From an uncultured bacterium (GTDB lineage: Bacteria > Krumholzibacteriota > Krumholzibacteriia > LZORAL124-64-63), in assembly GCA_963732385.1 (NCBI GenBank), contig CAVSZB010000007.1:896001-960000 (forward strand): a stretch of 64,000 bases of DNA. Reading direction: 5' to 3'. Of this stretch, positions 33,192-42,135 are shown one piece after another (the first letter of the stretch is position 1; each line of letters starts with the position of its first letter). The notes beneath the pieces were generated by a model. It was given only the letters and a program-made list of their open reading frames with translations, had not been told where the DNA came from and did no database searches. The translations under genes were made by a program, and so were the position numbers.

Positions 33192-34478
33192 ATGCCCTCC
33201 GCTCCGCTCTCCCGCCGCTGTTTCCTGAAAGCCGTCGCCGGCTGCGGCTTCGCCCTTGCCGCCTCACGCCTGCTGCCGGTCGCCGGGCCCATGCCCTGCG
33301 GGCGCCGCCTGGCCGGTGTGCCGGGCCTGCCGCCGCCGGCGCGCGCGGCCGGCGGCCCAGCCGACCCGTGGCGCCACGCTCCGGTCGCCCGCTGGTGGGC
33401 CGCCACGACGCAGGCCGGCGTCGCCTGCGCGACCTGTCACACGCCGTCCGAACTGCCCGAACCGTTTGGACCTTCCGCCGCGCCCGACCCGCACCGTCAC
33501 CAAGCTGAGCTCGTGAAGTGCCTGCTCTGCGCGCGCGGCTGCGCGCTGAAGGAAGGCGAGCGCGGCGAGTGCGGCGCCCGCCTGGTGCGCAGCGGCCGCC
33601 TGCTGAGCCTTACCTACGGCCGTCCGGTCGCCGTCCACGTCGATCCGATCGAGAAGAAACCGTTCTACCACTTCCTGCCCGGCGCGCTGGCGTACTCGTT
33701 CGGAACGGCGGGGTGCCCCCTGCACTGCGACTTCTGCCAGAACTGGGAATTGTCCCAGTCGCGACCCGAGGACTTTCCGGGCCCGTTCGTGCCGCCGGCG
33801 GAGCTGATCACGAGGGCCCGCCGGACGGAGGCGCCGATCATCGCCTTCACCTACGACGAACCGACCGTGTTCGCGGAGTACCTCATCGACGTGGCGCGCG
33901 CCGCGCGGCAGGCGGGACTGCGTCCGGTGCTGGTCAGCTGCGGCATCATGAACGAGGCGCCGCTGGCCGAGATGTGCGACGTCCTCGACGCGATCAAGAT
34001 CGACCTCAAAGGCTTCAGCGAGGAATTCTACCGCAAGGTATCGCACGCGGAACTCGCGCCGGTGTTGCGCAGCATCCGCCAGGTGGCGCAGCGCGGCGTG
34101 CACCTGGAGATCGTCAATCTCGTCGTGCCCACGCTCAACGACTCCGAGACGATGCTGCAGGGTCTCGCCGGCTGGCTCCTCGACGCCGTCGGGCCGGACG
34201 TACCGGTGCACTTCACGCGTTTCCACCCCGACTACCGGCTGCAGAACCTGCCGCCGACGCCGGTCGAGACGCTCGAGCGGGCGCGCGCGATCGCGCTGGC
34301 GAAGGGGCTGCGCTACGTCTACGTCGGCAACGTCCCGGGCCATCCCGGCAACGACACCGGCTGTCCGCGCTGCGGTGCGCTCGTCATCCGGCGCTCCGGT
34401 TTCCTGATCGAGGAGATGCACGTGAAGGACGGCAAATGCGCGCGCTGCGGCGCGCCGATCGCGGGGGTGTGGTCATGA
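33192..34478 (+). CDS. amrS: AmmeMemoRadiSam system radical SAM enzyme with Tat-like leader
   Basis: VDPIEKKPFYHFLPG, GCPLHCDFCQNWELSQ (CxxxCxxC), HFTRFHPDY, YVYVGNV; N-terminal SRRCFLK. Confidence 0.92.
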   Translation: MPSAPLSRRCFLKAVAGCGFALAASRLLPVAGPMPCGRRLAGVPGLPPPARAAGGPADPWRHAPVARWWAATTQAGVACATCHTPSELPEPFGPSAAPDPHRHQAELVKCLLCARGCALKEGERGECGARLVRSGRLLSLTYGRPVAVHVDPIEKKPFYHFLPGALAYSFGTAGCPLHCDFCQNWELSQSRPEDFPGPFVPPAELITRARRTEAPIIAFTYDEPTVFAEYLIDVARAARQAGLRPVLVSCGIMNEAPLAEMCDVLDAIKIDLKGFSEEFYRKVSHAELAPVLRSIRQVAQRGVHLEIVNLVVPTLNDSETMLQGLAGWLLDAVGPDVPVHFTRFHPDYRLQNLPPTPVETLERARAIALAKGLRYVYVGNVPGHPGNDTGCPRCGALVIRRSGFLIEEMHVKDGKCARCGAPIAGVWS

Positions 34479-36031
34479 GGAGGAGCGCGCGTGGCGCGGC
34501 ACGGGCGATGATCCTGATGCTCGGCGCGGCGACGGTCGCGGCAGCGCTGGGCGCGGCCGCCTCGCCCGGCGGTCCGCAGCGGCCGCCGGCGGTGGCGGGC
34601 GGCTTCTACCCCGCCGACCGGTCGGAGCTGGCGGCGCAGGTGCGGGGGTTCCTGGCCCGGGCGCACGCGCCGATCGGCGGGCGTCCGGTGGCGATCGTGG
34701 CGCCGCACGCCGGCTACGTCTACTGCGGGCGCGTGCTCGGCGAGGCGTGGCGACAGGCGTCCGGGCAGGACTACGATCTCATCGTGATCCTCGGCGCGAA
34801 CCACCGTGTGGCCGGGCTGGATGCGTCGATCGTCTGGCCCGACGGCGCCTGGCGCACGCCGCTCGGCACGGTCTCCGTGGATGCGGCCGCGGCGCGCGCG
34901 CTGCTGGCGGCCGCCCCTGAATTGCGCGCGGCCACGGCGCCGCACGCCGACGAACATTCGCTCGAGGTGCAGGTGCCGTTCGCGCAGACCGTGTTTCCGC
35001 GCCTGCCGATCCTGCCGGTCCTGGTCGCGACCCAGGACCCGGGCCGCTGCGACCGGCTCGGTCGCGCGCTGGCCGCCGCGCTGCGCGATCGCCGCCCGCT
35101 GATCGTGGCCAGCAGCGACCTTTCGCATTACCCCGCCGCGCCCGCGGCGGAGCGTATCGATCGCGCCACGCTGGCGGCGATCGCCCGGTGCGATCCGGCG
35201 GCGCTGACACGGGCGATCGACACCGCGATGCGCAGCGATGTGCCTGGGTTGGCCACCTGCGCCTGCGGCGAAGCGCCGATCCGCGTCGCCCTGGCCGCTG
35301 CCGCGGCGCTTGGCGCGACGCGCGGCGTGGTCATCGACTACGCGAATTCGGCGCAGGCGCCGGCCGGCGACCCCCTGCGCGTCGTCGGGTACGGCGCGGT
35401 CGCCTTCTTCACCGGGCCGCCGCCCGCGCCAGGCACCGCGCCAGCTTCCGCGCCAGCTTCCGCGCCCGGCGCCGCGCGGTCTCTGTCGGCGGCCGATCGC
35501 GCCCTGCTCCTGCGTCTGGCGCGCGACACGATCCGCCGCCACTTCGACGGCGGCGGCGACCTCTCCGCTCCGGAGTGCGCCACAGCGGCCCTCGCCGAGT
35601 CGCGCGGCGCCTTCGTCACCCTCAAACGGGACGGCGCGCTGCGCGGCTGCATCGGACACCTCGGGCAGGACCTGCCGCTGTGCGAAGTGGTGCGGCAGAT
35701 GGCCGCGGCGGCCGCGTTCCAGGACTCGCGCTTCCCGCCCCTGACGCGCGGCGAACTCGACGGGGTGACCATCGAGATCTCCGCGCTCACCCGACCCCTC
35801 GCGATCGACAACGTCGCGGCGATCGCCATCGGCCGCGACGGCGTGATCCTGCGCAAGGGGCGACGCTCGGCGGTCTTTTTGCCGCAGGTCGCGGTCGAAC
35901 AGCGCTGGGACCGCGACACCCTGCTGACTCAGCTCGCGCTGAAGGCGGGACTGCCGGGCGACGCCTGGCGCGAAGGGGCGCAGTTCCAGACCTTCCAGGC
36001 CGAGGTGTTCGGCGAGACGGATCACCACTAA
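34475..36031 (+). CDS. AmrB (MEMO1) - AmrA (AMMECR1) fusion with N-terminal signal peptide
   Basis: PAVAGGFYP, APHAGYVY, EHSLEVQVPF, ASSDLSHY, VVGYGA; then GAFVTL, LRGCIG, DSRFPP, FLPQVA. Confidence 0.9.
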   Translation: MRRSARGAARAMILMLGAATVAAALGAAASPGGPQRPPAVAGGFYPADRSELAAQVRGFLARAHAPIGGRPVAIVAPHAGYVYCGRVLGEAWRQASGQDYDLIVILGANHRVAGLDASIVWPDGAWRTPLGTVSVDAAAARALLAAAPELRAATAPHADEHSLEVQVPFAQTVFPRLPILPVLVATQDPGRCDRLGRALAAALRDRRPLIVASSDLSHYPAAPAAERIDRATLAAIARCDPAALTRAIDTAMRSDVPGLATCACGEAPIRVALAAAAALGATRGVVIDYANSAQAPAGDPLRVVGYGAVAFFTGPPPAPGTAPASAPASAPGAARSLSAADRALLLRLARDTIRRHFDGGGDLSAPECATAALAESRGAFVTLKRDGALRGCIGHLGQDLPLCEVVRQMAAAAAFQDSRFPPLTRGELDGVTIEISALTRPLAIDNVAAIAIGRDGVILRKGRRSAVFLPQVAVEQRWDRDTLLTQLALKAGLPGDAWREGAQFQTFQAEVFGETDHH

Positions 36032-36034
36032 GCC

Positions 36035-38170
36035 ATGGGCGCACAACTGGTCGCGCTCGGTTTCCTCGCGCTGCTCGGGCAGGTCGTGCTGCTGCGCGAG
36101 GCGACGGTGGCGGCGTTCGGCAGCGAACTGGCGGTGGTGCTCGCGCTGGGGCTGTGGCTGCTCGGCGCCGCGGCCGGGGCTGCCGCCGGCGCGCGGCAGG
36201 CGAAACCGTCGCCGGCGCGCGTGGCCCGGCTGTTCGCCCTGGCCGGCGCGCTGGTCCCGTTCGCCCTCATCTGGTCGCGCGCGGCGCGGCCGCTGCTGGG
36301 CGGGGTGCGCGGCGGCGACCTCCCCTTCCCCCTGCAACTGGCGGCGATGGCGGTGACGCTCGTACCGGCGGCCGCGGCGGGCGGAGCCCTCTTCCCCGCG
36401 CTCGCCCGGCTCGCCGCCGCCCGCGGCCGCAGCGTCGCCAGCGCTTACGCCCTCGAGAGTGCCGGCGCGCTGCTGGGCGGGCTCGCCGCGGCGGCCGCGG
36501 CGCGTCTGGGGGTGCCGGGCCTGCTGCTCGCCCTCGCCTGCGCGGCTTTCGCCCCGCTCGCGCTGCTCGCCCGCGGCCGGCGGGCGGCGGCGGCCGGTTC
36601 AGCCGCGCTGCTCGCGCTGCTCGCCGCTCTCGCGCCGCGCCTCGACCTGGCCACCACCGGCTGGACCCACCCCGGCCTGGTCGAGACCCGCGACACCCCC
36701 TACGGCCGCCTCGCCCTCGAGGCGCACGCCGGACAGATCTCCGTCTTCGTCAACGACGCGCTCGCCTACGAGACGCAGGGCCAGTCGTCCGCCGAGTTCG
36801 CCTCGCTCGCGGCGCTGCAGACGGCCGATCCGCGCCGCGTCCTCGTGCTCGGCGGCGGCGCCTGCGGTCTGGTGCAGGAACTGCTGCGCCACGGCCCGCG
36901 CGAGGTGACCGCGGTCGACCTCGATCCCGCCCTGCAGCGCGCCCTCGCCCCCCGCCTCACGGCCGACCTGCGCGCCGCCCTGGCCGACCCGCGCGTGCGG
37001 ACCATCGCGGCCGACCCCCGCGCCTGGCTCGCGCGCGACATCGGCTTCTGGGACCTCATCCTGATCGGCCTGCCCGAGCCGGCCTCCGGCGCCACGAACC
37101 GTTTCTACACGCAGGAATTCTTCATGCTCTGCGCCGGACACCTGGCCCCCGGCGGCACCCTGGCGCTGCGCCTGCCGGCCGCGGAGAATCTCTGGGCCCC
37201 CGCCCAGGTGCGCCGCACCGCGAGCGTGGTCGCCGCGCTGCGCGCCGCCGGCACGGACGCGCTCGTGCTGCCCGGCGCCGCCGGCATCATCGTCGCGGCG
37301 AAGGGAACGCTGACGCGCGACCCCGCGCCGCTCTCCGCGCGCCTGATCGCGCGCGGCGCGTCCGGACCCCTCGTCACCCCGGCCTACCTGCGCTACCTCT
37401 TCACGAACGACCGCCTCGCCGGCGTCGCCGCGGCGCTGGCCACCGTCGACGCCCCCCCCAACCGCGACGCCCGCCCGGTCTGCTACCCCTACACGCTGGC
37501 CCTCTGGCTGGCGAAGTTCTACCCCGCGCTCGCGCGCCTCGACCCGCTCTCCGCCGCACGCCCGCTGCACTCCCTGTGGCCCGCCGCCGCGGCCGTCCTG
37601 GTGGCGCTGGTGTTCGTGACTCGCCGCCTGCGTCAACGCACGCTGCTCGCCGTCGCCGCCGCCGGGGCTGCCGGCATGCTGATCGAAGCGCTGGCCCTGC
37701 TCGCCTTCCAGACCCGCCACGGCGCCCTCTACCGCGACCTCGGCCTCCTGCTCGCCGCCTTCATGGCCGGCCTCGCCGTCGGCGCGCTGGTCATCGACCG
37801 CCTGCCGTTGGCCCCCGCGGGCAGCCGGCGCACAGCCGCCGCGCACGTGCGCGCCGCCGCTTTACCCGCCGTGCTCGCGCTCCTGGCCACCCTGCTCGCC
37901 CTGCGCCTGCGCGCCGGCGCGGCGCCCGGCCTGCCCGAGGCCTCGCTCTGGCTGGCGTCCGCAGGCGCGCTGACCGCCGCCGTCTTCGCCCTCGCCGCCC
38001 GCCGCCTGGAGTCGCCGGCCCGCGCGGCCGGCCCCCTCTACGCCGCGGACCTGATCGGCGGCTGCCTCGGCTCGCTCGCCGGCAGCCTGATCCTCGTGCC
38101 GCTCGCCGGCCTGCCGGCCACGGCAATGGCCGCGGCCGTCCTCGCGTTGATGGCTGCGGCATGGAGTTGA
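36035..38170 (+). CDS. Polytopic membrane protein with spermidine synthase-like SAM-binding domain
   Basis: QVVLLRE..GSEL, YALESAG, TPYG, VLVLGGG, NRFYTQEFF, YAADLIGG. Confidence 0.8.
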   Translation: MGAQLVALGFLALLGQVVLLREATVAAFGSELAVVLALGLWLLGAAAGAAAGARQAKPSPARVARLFALAGALVPFALIWSRAARPLLGGVRGGDLPFPLQLAAMAVTLVPAAAAGGALFPALARLAAARGRSVASAYALESAGALLGGLAAAAAARLGVPGLLLALACAAFAPLALLARGRRAAAAGSAALLALLAALAPRLDLATTGWTHPGLVETRDTPYGRLALEAHAGQISVFVNDALAYETQGQSSAEFASLAALQTADPRRVLVLGGGACGLVQELLRHGPREVTAVDLDPALQRALAPRLTADLRAALADPRVRTIAADPRAWLARDIGFWDLILIGLPEPASGATNRFYTQEFFMLCAGHLAPGGTLALRLPAAENLWAPAQVRRTASVVAALRAAGTDALVLPGAAGIIVAAKGTLTRDPAPLSARLIARGASGPLVTPAYLRYLFTNDRLAGVAAALATVDAPPNRDARPVCYPYTLALWLAKFYPALARLDPLSAARPLHSLWPAAAAVLVALVFVTRRLRQRTLLAVAAAGAAGMLIEALALLAFQTRHGALYRDLGLLLAAFMAGLAVGALVIDRLPLAPAGSRRTAAAHVRAAALPAVLALLATLLALRLRAGAAPGLPEASLWLASAGALTAAVFALAARRLESPARAAGPLYAADLIGGCLGSLAGSLILVPLAGLPATAMAAAVLALMAAAWS

Positions 38171-38199
38171 TCGGCGCCCGCCGCACCCTCACGCAGAGA

Positions 38200-38226
38200 G
38201 GCCCCGACCGCACGGCGGTCGGGGCC
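38200..38226. terminator. Hairpin between convergent genes
   Basis: ggccccgaccg-cacgg-cggtcggggcc. Confidence 0.65.
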
Positions 38227-38268
38227 AGAGCACCCAAGTCGGGCTATTGACGCCCGACCTCGCGCCGG

Positions 38269-38541
38269 TCAGGCCTTGACGTCGAGGACGGACTCGTCCG
38301 TGGCGCCGGGATGCTTCAGGTCGTAGGCGAGCTCCTCGAGCGCGCTCACCACTCCATCCTTGTTCGCATCCTTCTTGTCATAGCTCGTGCTCTCCGTCGT
38401 CGACCCGCTGCCGCCGGCCGCCGTCGCCTTGCCGGCCCCGCCCGCCGCCTGGCCTGCCCCGGCGCCCGACTTCGCCCCGGCAAGCTGCGCCGCCTGCACC
38501 AGGATCGACATGTGCGACCCGCTCGTTCCGGAAACTTCCAT
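38269..38541 (-). CDS. Small hypothetical protein with an EF-hand-like loop
   Basis: DANKDGVVSALE loop after a Gly/Ala linker; GGAGG RBS. Confidence 0.65.
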   Translation of the reverse strand: MEVSGTSGSHMSILVQAAQLAGAKSGAGAGQAAGGAGKATAAGGSGSTTESTSYDKKDANKDGVVSALEELAYDLKHPGATDESVLDVKA

Positions 38542-38680
38542 GCCCTCGCCTCCCTGTGACTGCGCCTGCCCTCATTACAGGAGCCATCGGCACGGAGGCA
38601 CGAGTTCGTAAGTAACAGATTGTAAACATATTGCGAAGGCTCCGGCGGGCGGCGGCCAGAGCACCTCGACATGCCCGCGG

Positions 38681-39649
38681 TCACTGCGCGATCACGCTCG
38701 CATAATCCGTGACCGTTACCCCGCCCGGCTCTCCGAGGAACTCGTCCACCCCCACGACCCGACGCTCCCGGCCCGCGATCGGTCCGAATTCCGGCGCAAA
38801 GAGCGTCGAACCGTAAAGGCACGGGCGGAACTCGCCGATGGTCCCGCCGCCTTCGTCGGTAAGCTGCACCAGACCCAGATCGATGGCATACATGCACTCG
38901 AGGACGTTGGGCCAGGCGACGCCACCTACGAACCTGTCGCCGATCGACCAGATCTGGCCGTACAGCCAGATGTCGTCCGTGAGGTCGGGAAGGAGTTGCA
39001 GGGAAAACCGGGATCCGACGGCAAGGTCACCTTCGAGATACACCCAGCTGTGAGAGGTGTTGAGGTCTCCGTATCCATAGTACCCGCTGTCCTCGCTGGC
39101 GAACGCATAGCCGCCCAGGAAATACGGGAGATCGACCCCGTCGAGACTCTTGAGAGCGTCCGCGTTGGCGCCGAGTCGGGCGAGGATCCGCGGCCGCAGA
39201 TCCGGCCGGACCCGCGCGATCAGCTGCAACAGCCGGCGTTCGCCGTCTGAGGCGCCAACGGTCCCGGTGCCGCTCTTTTCGGCCTCGTTGTACAGGGTGC
39301 CGACGATGTTCTGCGCCAGGACGCCGGAATCGGTGGTCACGATGCCGTCGAACCGCAGGCGATACAGGCCCAGGCCTTCGTTGATGACGACGCCGGTAAC
39401 CGGCACGTCCAACGCGTCGTGCAGCTCCTGCAGCGAAGGCAGGGGCGGCGCGGAGTCGGTCACGGCGGGACCTTCGTACTCCCCGTAAGCGAAGTCGTAG
39501 ATCCAGCCGGTGCCGTCGGCATGGGGCCACAGGTTCGCCATCGTCGGCTCGGGATCCGACCCGCCGTCGGGACAATCGATGCAGTTGTCGTCATTACAGC
39601 CGAGAAGAGCCACCAGGAGCAGGCACGACAGAATCAGGCGTTTCCACAT
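38681..39649 (-). CDS. Hypothetical lipoprotein
   Basis: Lipobox LLGC, GGAGG RBS; TTGACA-N17-TAGGCT promoter at 39711-39683. Confidence 0.75.
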   Translation of the reverse strand: MWKRLILSCLLLVALLGCNDDNCIDCPDGGSDPEPTMANLWPHADGTGWIYDFAYGEYEGPAVTDSAPPLPSLQELHDALDVPVTGVVINEGLGLYRLRFDGIVTTDSGVLAQNIVGTLYNEAEKSGTGTVGASDGERRLLQLIARVRPDLRPRILARLGANADALKSLDGVDLPYFLGGYAFASEDSGYYGYGDLNTSHSWVYLEGDLAVGSRFSLQLLPDLTDDIWLYGQIWSIGDRFVGGVAWPNVLECMYAIDLGLVQLTDEGGGTIGEFRPCLYGSTLFAPEFGPIAGRERRVVGVDEFLGEPGGVTVTDYASVIAQ

Positions 39650-40094
39650 GAGGAACCTCCTGCGGGTCTGGGAGAGGCCTCGAGCCTAGCCACCCACAAT
39701 CACGCTGTCAACGATCTCGCAACCGACAGGGCCTCCAGCGCAATCCGGGCAAAGCCCACTTAGACCCACGCGCGGCGCCGGAAACATCTCGAACAGCGCC
39801 CCGCCTGATCATCCCGATCAGGTCATTTCTACCGTTGAATCGCTCCGCACGCCGACTTATACTCAAATCAGACGAGCCCCACGATCGCCGATCATTCGGC
39901 AAGACCGGTCCCCACAGGGGCGGACCGGATTAGTTGGCAGGGGCAGGCGCTCCCCTGCCAGAACCGACACTCCCGGCCATTTGTTACCTCGCCGTTACCC
40001 CAATCCTGCCGGCAAAGCCAAGGCCCGGCAACGGGGACAACCTTATTCAGACTTGGTAATGGCTTGGTAACGGGACGGGGGCGATCGTGTAAGT

Positions 40095-40170
40095 TGGTGC
40101 GCCGCCGGGGACTCGAACCCCAAACCTACTGATTAAGAGTCAGTTGCTCTACCAGTTGAGCTAGCGGCGC
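40095..40170 (-). tRNA. tRNA-Lys(CTT)
   Basis: Cloverleaf GCGCCGCTAGCTCAACTGG..CTCTTAA..GGTTCGAGTCC..CCA. Confidence 0.96.
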
Positions 40171-40291
40171 TCCTGAAAGGGGCGGGTGTGGCCGGCGGGG
40201 ATGCGGACTGCCATCCTCGCGGGGACCACGGAATTAAGCACGGTGGGGCGGCGTTGTCAAGGCGGAGAGTCCCTGGTCCGCGGGAGGCAAA

Positions 40292-40963
40292 ATGGCGGCA
40301 GATGGCGTGACGACGCCCCGGGTTCTGGACCTGGCGGCGCGCAGGCGCCGTGCGAAAAAGGTCGTGCGGGTGCTGCGGAAGGAGTTTCCGGAGGCTGCCT
40401 GCTCGCTGGATCATCAGGACCCGTTCCAGCTGCTGGTGGCGACCATCCTCTCGGCGCAGTGCACGGATGCGCGGGTCAATCTGGTGACGCCGGAGCTGTT
40501 CCGGCGGTTTCCGTCGCCACGCGATTTCGCGGCGGCGCCTCTGGCCAGGATCCAGGAGACGATACGGTCGACCGGGTTCTTCCACAACAAGGCGAAGGCG
40601 TTGCAGGGGTGCGCTCGCGCCTTGATCGAGCGGCATGGCGGGGAGGTGCCGCGCACGATGGACGAGTTACGGGTGCTGCCGGGGGTGGGGCGCAAGACGG
40701 CCAACGTGGTGCTCGGGGACGCATATGGGGCGCCGGAAGGGGTCGTGGTCGACACGCATGTGGGGCGGATCACGCGGAAGCTCGGGCTGACCGGGGAGCA
40801 GGATCCGGAGAAGGTCGAGCGGGATCTCAGCGGCTGTATCCCCCGCGCCGACTGGGTGGCGGTCGGGCATCTGCTGATCGAACATGGGCGACGGACCTGC
40901 CGGGCGCGGGCGCCGCGCTGCGACGGATGTCAGCTTTATGCGGAGTGTGAGACGCGGGGCTGA
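40292..40963 (+). CDS. nth: Endonuclease III
   Basis: LSAQCTD, LPGVGRKTANVV, VDTHV, C-x6-C-x2-C-x5-C iron-sulfur motif. Confidence 0.95.
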   Translation: MAADGVTTPRVLDLAARRRRAKKVVRVLRKEFPEAACSLDHQDPFQLLVATILSAQCTDARVNLVTPELFRRFPSPRDFAAAPLARIQETIRSTGFFHNKAKALQGCARALIERHGGEVPRTMDELRVLPGVGRKTANVVLGDAYGAPEGVVVDTHVGRITRKLGLTGEQDPEKVERDLSGCIPRADWVAVGHLLIEHGRRTCRARAPRCDGCQLYAECETRG

Positions 40964-41037
40964 CCGGCGCCGGGGTGAAAAGCGGCGCCGGCCTCGGGGG
41001 AGGCCGGCGCGCGTGCGTGAGGCAGGATCCGCGGCGG

Positions 41038-41526
41038 TCAGAACGGCAGGTCGTCGTCGTCCGAGCCGGGCGGAGGGGCCTGCGGGAAATCGCCTTCGTC
41101 GTCGGGATGGGGGGACGGGCCGCCGGGGCGCGGGCCGCGCTGGCCGCCACCGCTGCGCTCGGAGCGGCCACCGCCGCCGCCGCCCTCGCCCTCACCGGGG
41201 CGGCCGAGCATCTGCATGATGTTGGCCACGATCTCGGTGGTGTAGCGCTTGCCGCCCTCCTTGTCCTCCCACTGGCGGGTCTGGATGCGGCCCTCGACGT
41301 AGATCTGCTTGCCCTTCTTCAGGTACTGCCCGCAGATCTCGCCGAGCTTGCCCCAGGCCACGATGTTGTGCCACTCGGTGCGTTCCTGCTTGTTCCCTTC
41401 ACGGTCGGTCCAGACGTCGGTGGTGGCGATACGGAAGTTCGCCACCGCCTGGCTGTTCTGGGTGTAGCGCACCTCGGGGTCGGCCCCGAGGTTGCCAATG
41501 AGGATGACCTTGTTGACACTCGCCAT
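41038..41526 (-). CDS. ssb: Single-stranded DNA-binding protein
   Basis: [19 protein letters not shown], acidic DDDLPF tail. Confidence 0.97.
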   Translation of the reverse strand: MASVNKVILIGNLGADPEVRYTQNSQAVANFRIATTDVWTDREGNKQERTEWHNIVAWGKLGEICGQYLKKGKQIYVEGRIQTRQWEDKEGGKRYTTEIVANIMQMLGRPGEGEGGGGGGRSERSGGGQRGPRPGGPSPHPDDEGDFPQAPPPGSDDDDLPF

Positions 41527-41692
41527 CCCAACCTCCTGCGGCTGGGCGGCCGCTGGCCGCCCTGGTTCTTGATGGCCCGGTTGACCGGGCGCTCCCGGCG
41601 CGCAGCCCTGACCGCCACCCGGGCAGGGGAGGACACGGCGGCTGGGAGGAACGCCCCGATCGCGCGCGGAGATCGGGACGGGAGAAAAGCGG

Positions 41693-41769
41693 TGGGGTGG
41701 ATGATGGGACTCGAACCCACAACAACCGGGACCACAACCCGGGGCTCTGCCAGTTGAGCTACATCCACC
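41693..41769 (-). tRNA. tRNA-His(GTG)
   Basis: Cloverleaf with G-1, anticodon loop TTGTGGT, encoded CCA. Confidence 0.95.
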
Positions 41770-41785
41770 ACCGAAGTTGCATGTC

Positions 41786-41862
41786 TGGCGCGCCTGGCAG
41801 GACTCGAACCTGCGACCGTCGGATTAGAAATCCGATGCTCTATCCGACTGAGCTACAGGCGC
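41786..41862 (-). tRNA. tRNA-Arg(TCT)
   Basis: Cloverleaf, anticodon loop TTTCTAA, encoded CCA. Confidence 0.95.
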
Positions 41863-41948
41863 AAGCTTACCCCGCCACAGCACGCGGGGAGCGCTATGAT
41901 GGCCCCGGTCGCGCGGCGTGTCAAGGGGCCCGCCGTCAACGGCGGAGG

Positions 41949-42025
<77 letters not shown>

Positions 42026-42135
42026 ACCTTTCAGCAACCGGCGGGCCACTCCGCATTCCGGGCCGACGCAGGCCCGCCGTGGCTGCGCCACGCTGTCCAT
42101 GAATAGGGGCGCCCCCGGCAGGTGTCAATGCAGGT

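Noticed and set aside
35446..35467. 12-bp tandem repeat (ccgcgccagctt)
   Set aside because: Encodes the PASA linker between the AmrB and AmrA domains
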